DNA of 64,000 bases from NCBI GenBank assembly GCA_964559915.1, contig CAZLJP010000003.1, positions 119,769 through 183,768 on the forward strand. The letters run 5' to 3'. Positions within the stretch are counted from its first letter, which is position 1. Each line of letters starts with the position of its first letter. The translations under genes were made by a program, and so were the position numbers. Below the pieces are notes generated by a model. That model was not told the origin of the DNA. It saw nothing but the letters and a program-made list of their open reading frames with translations, and made no database searches. This DNA is from an uncultured Candidatus Saccharibacteria bacterium. Its GTDB lineage: Bacteria; Patescibacteriota; Saccharimonadia; Saccharimonadales; JALRHH01. Shown piece by piece: positions 35,343 to 42,804 of the stretch.

Positions 35343-35863
35343 TGAAACTCGAACTCCAAACAGACAGTAAGCAAGTTACTGCCCAAGCTACGGCAGCCGT
35401 TAACGGTCCAAGCGTGGAAGGCACAGCCCAGTTTACTGAATATGATGTAGACGGCGCCAAATATGTGCATTTGCATCTAGAACTATCAGGTGACCCAACA
35501 GTGCTCAAACCTGGCAAACATGCCGTACACATTCACGAAAAGGGTGCTTGTGACTGCGATGGCTTCAAATGCGCCGGCGGCCATTTTGATCCGGGTCCTA
35601 GTGGCAACACTGACCCCGATGCCAATCACGGATTCCATGCCGGTGATTTACCAAGCATTACTATCGATGAGCAGGGCAAGGGCGTGCTAGAGGCTATTAC
35701 CACTCGCGTCACACTGTCTGCTGGCCCTGTATCTATACTGGAGCAGCCAGATAAGACTTCCTTGATGGTCCATGCCAACCCAGACCCACACACGCCAGGT
35801 GAATCAGGCTCTGGCCACAGCGGCGGCCCCCGTCTTGCTTGTGGCACTATCGAACGTGCCTAA
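35342..35863 (+). CDS. sodC: superoxide dismutase [Cu-Zn]
   Basis: Metal ligands in HAVHIHEKGAC, GGHFDP, HAGDLP and VHANPD, with C-terminal GGPRLACGTI. No obvious signal peptide. Confidence 0.88.
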   Translation: MKLELQTDSKQVTAQATAAVNGPSVEGTAQFTEYDVDGAKYVHLHLELSGDPTVLKPGKHAVHIHEKGACDCDGFKCAGGHFDPGPSGNTDPDANHGFHAGDLPSITIDEQGKGVLEAITTRVTLSAGPVSILEQPDKTSLMVHANPDPHTPGESGSGHSGGPRLACGTIERA

Positions 35864-35870
35864 AATAAAA

Positions 35871-35894
35871 AGACCGACAAAATCGGTCTTTTTT
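35871..35894 (+). terminator. intrinsic terminator after sodC
   Basis: AGACCGA-CAAAA-TCGGTCT followed by TTTTT. Confidence 0.75.
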
Positions 35895-35918
35895 GGTGGG
35901 GGTGGAAGGACTTGAACC
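35894..35918 (-). repeat. 25-nt exact duplicate of the 3' end of the tRNA at 36064-36139
   Basis: TGGTGGGGGTGGAAGGACTTGAACC is identical at 35894-35918 and 36064-36088. Adjacent hairpin GAAACG-N7-CGTTTC at 35922-35940. Confidence 0.85.
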
Positions 35919-36063
35919 CGAGAAACGCCAGTGACGTTTCGAGTTCACGCTAGAAAAGCTTGTCTGATTGATAGACTTTCGGTACCTGTAAAAACTTTTC
36001 TGGTTGTAGAGTGATGAGGTTCATTAGAACCGATCGACCAAATTATTTTGGCAGCTAGTGATT

Positions 36064-36139
36064 TGGTGGGGGTGGAAGGACTTGAACCTTCGACCAAAGG
36101 ATTATGAGTCCTCTGCTCTAACCACTGAGCTACACCCCC
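36064..36139 (-). tRNA. tRNA, anticodon CAT, elongator type (Met or lysidine-dependent Ile2)
   Basis: Reverse complement GGGGGTGTAGCTCAGTGGTTAGAGCAGAGGACTCATAATCCTTTGGTCGAAGGTTCAAGTCCTTCCACCCCCACCA folds as a 76-nt cloverleaf (7/4/5/5-bp stems) with an encoded CCA. Confidence 0.92.
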
Positions 36140-36329
36140 TCGTCGAAGTGTGATTCTGCGTTGCCGCAAGCTGCCGACAAAACAAGTTTGCTCGGCAACT
36201 GTGGGCAACCCAGAAAGCCTTCTCCTCTCAAAACTGTAAACAGCAGCAAGCTGCTTGGTTTCCAGTTTTGGCATGAACTGCAAGGTAACAGATGTGAGTA
36301 TACCATTTCGTGTATACTTATCTCTAGTC

Positions 36330-36788
36330 ATGTTCGACAAAATAAAAACTTATTACAACCACGCACTCGTTCAGCAATTCAAGGATGTGCGGTTTGTGGG
36401 TTTTGTCGTATTCGGTATCTTAGTATTGCTGGTAAGCTGGAGTGGTGTATCTGTTATCGAAGCTAATTATGATTTGCAAAAGCAGGTCTCCAAACTAGAG
36501 CAAGAGAATCAAGTAGTTGCGTTAGAGAATAACAATCTGAAACTCCAGAACCAGTACTATAACAGTGACCAATACCTAGAACTTACGGCTCGCCGCCAGT
36601 TTGGCAAAGGCCAGCCCGGCGAGAAGTTATTATTGGTACCCAAGAGTGTAGCGCTCAAGTATGTTGCTGATATTCCAGAGGCTGCTAAGGAAGCTGCAGC
36701 AACACCCGTCTTGGAAAAGCCACTACTGCAACGCAACATCGAATCTTGGGTAGATTTCTTTCTGCACCGCGGTAGCTTAGACAATTGA
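36330..36788 (+). CDS. septum formation initiator family protein (FtsB/DivIC-like)
   Basis: One TM helix (FVGFVVFGILVLLVSW), then a coiled coil LQKQVSKLEQENQVVALENNNLKLQNQ and YLELTARRQFG. The track ORF 36255 starts inside the tRNA flank, so ATG 36330 is preferred. Confidence 0.7.
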   Translation: MFDKIKTYYNHALVQQFKDVRFVGFVVFGILVLLVSWSGVSVIEANYDLQKQVSKLEQENQVVALENNNLKLQNQYYNSDQYLELTARRQFGKGQPGEKLLLVPKSVALKYVADIPEAAKEAAATPVLEKPLLQRNIESWVDFFLHRGSLDN

Positions 36789-36863
36789 CATTCCTACCTC
36801 TGTTTGTTAAGATAATACGGCTAAACAGCCCGCGGATACGTGCTCAATCGTATCCGCTAGTAA

Positions 36864-36938
36864 CGCGGGGTAGAGCAGTGGCAGCTCGTGTGGCTCATAA
36901 CCACAAGGTCCCAGGTTCGAGTCCTGGCCCCGCTACCA
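36864..36938 (+). tRNA. initiator tRNA-fMet (anticodon CAT)
   Basis: CGCGGGGTAGAGCAGTGGCAGCTCGTGTGGCTCATAACCACAAGGTCCCAGGTTCGAGTCCTGGCCCCGCTACCA is a 75-nt cloverleaf. It has an unpaired 1:72 position (C/T) and an A11:T24 pair as in bacterial initiators, and is close to the E. coli tRNA-fMet sequence as recalled. Encoded CCA. Confidence 0.85.
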
Positions 36939-37074
36939 AGAAAAGAGTCCCAACACAGTTGGGGCTTTTTTCTTGGTACTGAGACAAGATTCGAGCCAAA
37001 AAGGTTCGGTCTTCAGTCACAGGCCCCAGCGCAGCGGGCGCCTGGATTGAAGTGCGCTGTCCTGGCCCCGCTAC
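36913..37074 (+). repeat. left direct repeat unit: tRNA-fMet 3' end, terminator hairpin, spacer, second copy of the tRNA 3' end
   Basis: TCCTGGCCCCGCTAC occurs at 36922-36936 and again at 37060-37074. Blocks CGCTACCAAGAAAA, hairpin + T-run, GAGCC, AAGGTTCGGTC, GTGCGCT and CCTGGCCCCGCTAC recur in the same order at 40875-41060. Confidence 0.8.
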
Positions 37075-37273
37075 GTAAATAGCCATATTGGAACAAAGCA
37101 AGCTGATAACTACATGCTGCGCTGGGGATACCTGCTTGACCATGATTCTAGCTTGGACGAACTCATTCATGGCACCAGCAACGCCTGGTACGCACTCACA
37201 AATCTGCAATAGTCAACCAAGCAAAAGCATTCCCACCGGACCTAGGCATACCTGGGTGTATTGGTGTAAAAAC

Positions 37274-37882
37274 CTAACCCTTTACGTACTGGAGCTGTCT
37301 GCGGACACCAGACACATTAACGCGATAGTTATACAAACTTTTGCTGACACAGAAGCGTTCCAGCGAATCCTCAAGAGCTTCATTGCGATAGGCCGTGTTC
37401 AACAGGGCTGTTCTCGGCAAAAGTAAGCAGCCCGCAAACCAGTTAGCTTCATTCTCTTGGATTTGATCAAAATCCCTCAGGGCGTATGCTTCATACACAT
37501 AAACCTTTGCTGGTTCGTGTCCACGAATAATATGGGCGAGTTCATGCATTACATTACTAGCTTGGCGAGCCTGCGAATGCCGTGGATTCACAACGATTAT
37601 TTGCTTATCAGCGGTATGTACGGTTACCGCTGACCATTCATCCCCGGCTGGTGATGACAGATAAGCGTAGGTGTCTGTGGCTAGGCCGGACACTTGATCT
37701 AGCTCCAGAATTGTGACGCCCATATTCTTAGCAAGCTCTGTTGGGGGAAGTGGGCTTGAAGGATCTAGATCCATGCGTTTTCGAATACTTATCGCCGTAT
37801 TCTCGCACCAAGTCTTGAAGCCACGCTCAAAACGTTTCTCCTCAGTCTTTGAGATAGCTAATGAGTTGGTCTCACTAGCCAC
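37274..37882 (-). CDS. ImmA/IrrE-family (M78) metallopeptidase
   Basis: HEXXH motif in NVMHELAHIIRGHE with downstream ENEANWFAGCLLLP. GTG start lies 1 nt after the stop of the upstream XRE gene. Confidence 0.85.
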   Translation of the reverse strand: MASETNSLAISKTEEKRFERGFKTWCENTAISIRKRMDLDPSSPLPPTELAKNMGVTILELDQVSGLATDTYAYLSSPAGDEWSAVTVHTADKQIIVVNPRHSQARQASNVMHELAHIIRGHEPAKVYVYEAYALRDFDQIQENEANWFAGCLLLPRTALLNTAYRNEALEDSLERFCVSKSLYNYRVNVSGVRRQLQYVKG

Positions 37883-37883
37883 G

Positions 37884-38213
37884 TTAAAATCCTTGTTCGG
37901 CTGCCTTTTGAACGGTAATAATTAGCTTCGCTAAATGATTGGCCGTATCAGGACTCATCGCCTTATGTGCTCTAAAGTGTGCGTGAACGGGGGCTGCCAT
38001 ATCGGGTAATACGCCGCTGGGAGTATTGATGCCAAGCAGCGTACTCGGGTCAACGTTCAGCCATCTACAAATAGCCCGGAAAGTATCCAGGTCAGGTTGT
38101 TTGCCATTCTCTACACGGGACAGTGTCGCAGGACTAATACCGATGTCTTCGGCTACCTTGCGAATACCTTGCCCACCTCGCTTCTGCTTAATCTTGAGAC
38201 TAAGTTCGTCCAT
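37884..38213 (-). CDS. XRE-family helix-turn-helix transcriptional regulator
   Basis: IRKVAEDIGISPATLSRVENGKQPDLDTFRAICRWLNV is a classic HTH_3 (Cro/C1) domain. 109 aa. Confidence 0.88.
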   Translation of the reverse strand: MDELSLKIKQKRGGQGIRKVAEDIGISPATLSRVENGKQPDLDTFRAICRWLNVDPSTLLGINTPSGVLPDMAAPVHAHFRAHKAMSPDTANHLAKLIITVQKAAEQGF

Positions 38214-38370
38214 ATTTACCTCTGTTCCATTATACTATACATGTTCAACTCTTGCAACGCTGTTTCATATGTGAGACACTAGTTCTAAGACTTTCACTCG
38301 ACAGGTTAGAGAGACCAGCCAGATAAAAAGTCAAAAATCACCAACTAGCCTGTCAGGAGGAACAAGTAAC

Positions 38371-38655
38371 ATGGCAGTACGTATCATCGCAATTAGAAAA
38401 CCTGGGGACAATTACAACGCCTACGAAGCGATCAGTCATTACAAGTGGCTAAACGAGGGCACCGGCAAATCGGCAATTGCCGATCGTCCTACCATGGTTG
38501 ACTGGGTCGAGAATAAGAACGGACGAGCTTACGTTAGTAGCCAAGAGGGCACCGTCGACTGTTTCGTTAACACAAGCGCTAGGGGCACCAAGTTTCTTCA
38601 GACAAATGCTGATAGCCGTTCTTCGAATAACTTGTTAAATCTTCCGGGGTGTTGA
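38371..38655 (+). CDS. DUF3892-like small protein
   Basis: 94 aa. ISHYKW...TMVDWVENKNGRAYV...KFLQTNADSRSSNNLLNLPGC resembles the DUF3892 consensus (C-terminal NNLLxLPxC). SD AGGAGG before the ATG. Confidence 0.6.
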   Translation: MAVRIIAIRKPGDNYNAYEAISHYKWLNEGTGKSAIADRPTMVDWVENKNGRAYVSSQEGTVDCFVNTSARGTKFLQTNADSRSSNNLLNLPGC

Positions 38656-38657
38656 CT

Positions 38658-39398
38658 ATGGGCGATTCGATTCAGAACCCTCGCACTGTATTCCAGCAGC
38701 TTCAGGAGAGCATGTTGGCCGAACTTGAAATGACCAAGGCGACCGTGAATCACGCCCCCACCCAAGGCGCTGCGACTGAAGATAATTGGCTCAAACTGTT
38801 CCAGGACTATCTTCCTAGCCGGTACCGAGCCGAGAGAGGTCAGGTAATGGACTCTAGGGGTGGAATGAGTGACCAAATCGATGTGATTATATTCGATCGA
38901 CACTTCACTCCGTTCTTATTCAACTACAAAGGTGTATATTTTGTTCCAGCAGAGAGTGTCTACGCCGTAATTGAGGTAAAGCCCACGCTTAACAAGAGCT
39001 ACATACAATACGCTGGCGAGAAGGCGGCCTCAGTACGAAGGCTCCACAGGACCAGCGTGCCGATACCGCACGCTGGCGGAGTTTATCCACCAAAGGTACT
39101 ATTCCCGATATTGGGTGGTGTCGTCGCACGATCTGCCGAATGGACTACGGGTCTCGGTGGTGCTTTTAAAAAGGCCATCGTCACGAAAGACCCCAATATG
39201 ATGATTGATTTTGGCTGCGCTCTTAATGCTGGATCTTTCAAGGTTGATTACTCAGGTATCCAGCCAGCTATCACTATCAGTGACCAGAATGTACTGCTGG
39301 CCTTCATCATGGGCTTATTGGACAAGTTGCAATCCTTGGCTAGCGTGCCGGCGCTGGATTACAAGGCATACGGAGAACAGGGAGCTGCAAATGTCTGA
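38658..39398 (+). CDS. PD-(D/E)xK-like putative nuclease (DUF6602-like)
   Basis: GGMSDQIDVIIFD followed 23 aa later by SVYAVIEVKPTL gives a D...E-x-K arrangement typical of the restriction-endonuclease fold. The track ORF starts at GTG 38649, overlapping the upstream stop. ATG 38658 is the alternative. Confidence 0.55.
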   Translation: MGDSIQNPRTVFQQLQESMLAELEMTKATVNHAPTQGAATEDNWLKLFQDYLPSRYRAERGQVMDSRGGMSDQIDVIIFDRHFTPFLFNYKGVYFVPAESVYAVIEVKPTLNKSYIQYAGEKAASVRRLHRTSVPIPHAGGVYPPKVLFPILGGVVARSAEWTTGLGGAFKKAIVTKDPNMMIDFGCALNAGSFKVDYSGIQPAITISDQNVLLAFIMGLLDKLQSLASVPALDYKAYGEQGAANV

Positions 39399-40776
39399 AG
39401 TTAAAAGCTTATTCAAGGAATACCTGAGTGCCATTGAGCCAGACACAAAAGCAAAAAATATTGCTGCAAAGAGCCATGTTCAACCCAGAGAGTATCTTGA
39501 GAATGACGAGGTAATCGGTGACACAGTCGAGGATTCATTCTTGTACGGTTCTTACCGACGACACACCGCTATACACGATATTAAGGATGTTGATATCGTT
39601 ATGATCTCGAGTTTTGACCCAGATACAGATACTCCTAACACTGTGCTGAACAAATTGCATGCAGCTTTAAAGCGATGTTATGGAGACACCAACGTTCTTG
39701 AACTCAACCGCCGATCTGTTTGTGTCACGAACCCGCTGCCGGATGAAGAGACTGACCTAACGCTCGACATACTGCCTGCAGTTGAAGTTAACGATGGAAG
39801 TGGATATCTGCTAGTTCCAGACCGTGATCAAAAAGATTGGATACTCACTAACCCACGCGGTCACATAGAAGCGATTACAACGGCTAATAAGAAGCTGGAT
39901 AAAACGCTGGTACCGATGATAAAAATCATGAAGGCTTGGTGGCATCACCAGTCGTCACTTATTACCGGTGATTCAACTCAGAAGCTCCGGCCTAAAGGAT
40001 TCTGGATAGAAACACTAGTTCTTACTCATTTTGATTCATCTGCAGACAATTGGGCGCAGCGCTTTATAGAACTCCTCGAGAACATAACAACATCGTACCC
40101 TAAGGGTTCTGATGTACCTGAATTGCCAGATCCGGGTATGCCTGAGTCGATTCTTCAGACCAGTATGAGCAAGTCTGAGTTTGAAGTATTCATGAATACA
40201 GCTAGAAGCTCCTTGGGACTGGCGTACTCTGCATTTAACGAGACGGACCGACACGCCAGCTCTCAAACATGGTCACAGATTTTTGGCGATCACTTCCCAA
40301 TTGAAGAGGCAAAGGAGAAGCAAAAGTTTCTTACTGGGCAACAGTACGTACTGGGCAACATTAACCACGCGGTCGACTTGAGTTTCCCTTACTCCGTGAA
40401 TGGACAAGCAAGCCTCCGTGCAGAGCTCTATCGCCGCAATTACGATAATCGCAGGCTGAAGGTAAGATTTGGCACCCTGCAGCCACACGACTCAATAACC
40501 AGTGGTTTACACATCCGATTTAAGGCATGGACTGATGTCACGCTCCCTTATCGTGTGTACTGGCGTGTGGTGAATACTGGAGCACACGCAGCACAAGACA
40601 AGGGTTTGAGAGGCAAGCCCTTTCTAGATGACTCAGGCACTGAGCTCACTAGATGGGAGCCTACAGAATACACTGGTAAGCATTGGATGGAGTGCTTCAT
40701 TGTTAAGGGTGGTGAGGTAGTAGCTGCCAGTGAACGCTTCTACATCAACATCACTAACCCTAAGTGGGCTACGTAG
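39391..40776 (+). CDS. Pol-beta-fold nucleotidyltransferase, SMODS/CD-NTase-like, with uncharacterised C-terminal domain
   Basis: SFLYGSYRRHTAIHDIKDVDIVMI (G-S ... DxD) and TLDILPAVE (third acidic residue), then NPRGHIEA...LVPMIKIMKAWW as in SMODS-type cyclases. The ~180-aa C-terminal region is beta-rich. ATG 39391 overlaps the upstream stop (ATGTCTGA). The track ORF start at 39205 lies inside the preceding gene. Confidence 0.7.
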   Translation: MSEVKSLFKEYLSAIEPDTKAKNIAAKSHVQPREYLENDEVIGDTVEDSFLYGSYRRHTAIHDIKDVDIVMISSFDPDTDTPNTVLNKLHAALKRCYGDTNVLELNRRSVCVTNPLPDEETDLTLDILPAVEVNDGSGYLLVPDRDQKDWILTNPRGHIEAITTANKKLDKTLVPMIKIMKAWWHHQSSLITGDSTQKLRPKGFWIETLVLTHFDSSADNWAQRFIELLENITTSYPKGSDVPELPDPGMPESILQTSMSKSEFEVFMNTARSSLGLAYSAFNETDRHASSQTWSQIFGDHFPIEEAKEKQKFLTGQQYVLGNINHAVDLSFPYSVNGQASLRAELYRRNYDNRRLKVRFGTLQPHDSITSGLHIRFKAWTDVTLPYRVYWRVVNTGAHAAQDKGLRGKPFLDDSGTELTRWEPTEYTGKHWMECFIVKGGEVVAASERFYINITNPKWAT

Positions 40777-40874
40777 CTGAAGGCAACATACAGTTCCACT
40801 CCTAGTTGCTAGAGGAAGCTAACTGATTGGCTGATCTGATTAGGGGCTTCCAGCGCAGTATCTCCTTACAGATT

Positions 40875-41060
40875 AGGTTCCATTGCGATTGCACGCACGC
40901 TACCAAGAAAAAAGCTTTGGAATGGTTCCAAAGCTTTTTTCTTTGTTCGGAGCAGGACGAGAGCCTGATGCGCGGTAGCCAAGGTTCGGTCATCCAGTCA
41001 GAGCACAGGGGTTTACTCCGAGCACTGGTGCAGATGTGCGCTACCCTGGCCCCGCTACCA
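40875..41060 (+). repeat. right direct repeat unit (degenerate tRNA 3' end, hairpin, spacer, tRNA 3'-end copy)
   Basis: AGGTTC...CGCTACCAAGAAAA (40875-40911), a perfect 16-bp hairpin at 40907-40941, AAGGTTCGGTC at 40981-40991, and CCCTGGCCCCGCTACCA at 41044-41060. Confidence 0.8.
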
Positions 41061-41070
41061 TAAGCGTTCT

Positions 41071-41098
41071 GACCTCTGGAAATCAGAGGTCTTTTTTT
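41071..41098 (+). terminator. intrinsic terminator
   Basis: GACCTCTG-GAAAT-CAGAGGTC followed by TTTTTTT. Confidence 0.8.
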
Positions 41099-41132
41099 AT
41101 GCCCAAGTTTCAGCTATGCTTAAGTTAATTAA

Positions 41133-41627
41133 ATGGTGGCTCACATGAAGAAAGATGAAAATGGTTTCAGTACTACAATAATCTTAACGCTGGTGGCAGT
41201 TCTAGCACTGATTGGTGCTATTGGCTGGTATGTATCAAGCTCTGGCGATGGTAAGAGTTGTGGCTCCAGAGATTTAGGAAACACGATTTCCGCCGACTCT
41301 AATCAACCGGCCGAGTCAACAAACGACTGCTTTGAACAAGCCTTTGCTCATTGTGAAAAAGCTACATATAGCATCAAATACTCTGGTTTTGATACGACAG
41401 CTCAGTATTCAATACAGGGTAAAGATGCAAAATCTGGTAAGTGCAGAGGCGGGTATAAGTACACAGAGCACTCCACGAAGAAATTGGTCGGCAAGTATAT
41501 GTACTGCGAGTTAGACCAATCAACCACGCCTTTTATGACTGCATTTAGCAATGCTAGTAGTGGTTCTCAGCATGAGCTAGAACAGCGCTGCAAAGGACCT
41601 TTACTAGAAGGACCCCTCGGACCTTAG
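41133..41627 (+). CDS. hypothetical membrane-anchored Cys-containing protein
   Basis: 164 aa with an N-terminal hydrophobic anchor (TTIILTLVAVLALIGAIGWYV) and six Cys in the ectodomain. ATG 41145 is an alternative start. Confidence 0.6.
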   Translation: MVAHMKKDENGFSTTIILTLVAVLALIGAIGWYVSSSGDGKSCGSRDLGNTISADSNQPAESTNDCFEQAFAHCEKATYSIKYSGFDTTAQYSIQGKDAKSGKCRGGYKYTEHSTKKLVGKYMYCELDQSTTPFMTAFSNASSGSQHELEQRCKGPLLEGPLGP

Positions 41628-41747
41628 ATTTTTTCATCTTGCTAACCCTTCAAGAATATCGTTCCAATTCGAATGAACTACGGCTACCAAGCGCAGGCAT
41701 TATGAACTCAGAAAAATCTGGGATCTTTATTTGCTATAGTGAGGTAG

Positions 41748-42194
41748 ATGAACAACAAGTCAATTAACAGGACGGCAGCCAGTGCTACACTTCATTGCCT
41801 GACAGGGTGTGGCATAGGTGAAGTGCTTGGCATGGCAATTTCTACCTTCTATGGTTGGTCTACTGTGCCAAGTATCGTATTGGCAGTAGTGTTAGCTTTC
41901 GTATTCGGTTATTTGCTTAGCATAATGCCACTTCTTAAACATGGCTTACATTGGAGAAAGGCAATCAGAATTGCCCTTGCTGCCGACACAGCATCAATAG
42001 TAGTAATGGAAATTACAGATAATGCTTTTATATTAGCAGTGCCCAATGCGATACACGCCGAGCTTAATTCTTGGCTTTTTTGGATAAGTCTTATTTCTTC
42101 TTTGGCAGTAGCTTTCCTGTTCGCATTTCCTCTAAACAAATTTCTCATTCAGCGGGGTAAGGGTCATGCTGTTATCCACTCACACCATCACTAA
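41748..42194 (+). CDS. DUF4396 domain-containing membrane protein
   Basis: ATLHCLTGCGIGEVLGM at the N-terminus and four TM helices are typical of DUF4396. Confidence 0.6.
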   Translation: MNNKSINRTAASATLHCLTGCGIGEVLGMAISTFYGWSTVPSIVLAVVLAFVFGYLLSIMPLLKHGLHWRKAIRIALAADTASIVVMEITDNAFILAVPNAIHAELNSWLFWISLISSLAVAFLFAFPLNKFLIQRGKGHAVIHSHHH

Positions 42195-42449
42195 GAGGTC
42201 CTAGTCTGCTTCGGATGAACCTCGGGCCTTATTTTATAATGTTCTAATATGTGATTAGGGAAATGTCAAATACGGGCGTATAATTATAGATGTAGATAAG
42301 CTTAATGCCAAGTACCGCACAGGGAGCTAACCAAAAATTGTTGTTAGGCCATTGAGCAGTAACCTCTAATGAAAGGACCTCATTATGGCCAAAGACAAGG
42401 GACGAAAAGAAATCAAAAAAGTTAAGCAACCCAAGAGCAAGATTTAATC

Positions 42450-42695
42450 GTGCCTGGTGCAACTAAAGCAAAGTTTATTGATACCGAAGAAGCTCAGGAA
42501 GTTAAACGCCAGCTTGAACTTATAGCTAATGACGAAAAGTACAATACCGCCGCAAGCTATAGCGCAAATGAATTGCTGTATCCAGATAATCTCATCCCGT
42601 TTGTTGATAAGCACATGAAGTATCTCATCAGTCATCCACAGCTTGACCCAGAAATGTACCTGGCTAACGTCAGACTATTGACTCGAATTCGATAA
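42450..42695 (+). CDS. hypothetical protein
   Basis: 81-aa ORF with a GTG start, 2 nt after a 20-codon Lys-rich mini-ORF (42385-42447). Confidence 0.45.
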   Translation: MPGATKAKFIDTEEAQEVKRQLELIANDEKYNTAASYSANELLYPDNLIPFVDKHMKYLISHPQLDPEMYLANVRLLTRIR

Positions 42696-42804
42696 CTCGA
42701 TACTTCCAATTACTGCGTCTATCCCCAAGAGGCCGCGGAAATTTTTGGTTGAAAAATGCTATTGGTTGGCGCACACTCTAGGCAAGTAACTGGAGCGCAC
42801 ATGT

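Larger units (their letters stand above)
37075..40874. mobile_element. ~3.8-kb tRNA-fMet-associated genomic islet (no integrase present)
   Basis: Bracketed by the 162-bp and 186-bp direct repeat units. Carries the XRE/ImmA pair and the three-gene NTase operon. Confidence 0.55.

Noticed and set aside
35945-37082. Track ORFs 35945-36340(-), 36161-36466(+), 36785-36982(+) and 36888-37082(+)
   Set aside because: They overlap the two tRNA genes, their terminators or the direct-repeat unit. They show no coding features, and the tRNA and repeat interpretations explain the sequence.
36895-37209. Possible C-terminal remnant of a tyrosine integrase next to the att-like repeat (minus-strand peptide ...ISLLCSNMAIYV vaguely like LLGHS..T..IY.H)
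   Set aside because: There is no H-x-x-R box or other recombinase motif, the ORF runs through the tRNA-derived repeat, and the similarity is too short and gapped to support a call.
39205-39390. Upstream extension of the NTase ORF (track start 39205)
   Set aside because: The extension lies wholly inside the preceding gene in another frame and encodes a Trp/Cys/Leu-rich peptide without motifs. ATG 39391 has a GGGAG SD-like element upstream and the ATGTCTGA stop/start overlap.
41133-41260. Type IV pilin-like N-termini (ENGFSTTIILTLV in the 41133 protein; SQSGFIPMLIMILL in the 62289 peptide)
   Set aside because: Both lack the conserved Glu at +5 after the G/F cleavage site and the usual basic leader pattern. 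A generic signal-anchor is the simpler reading.
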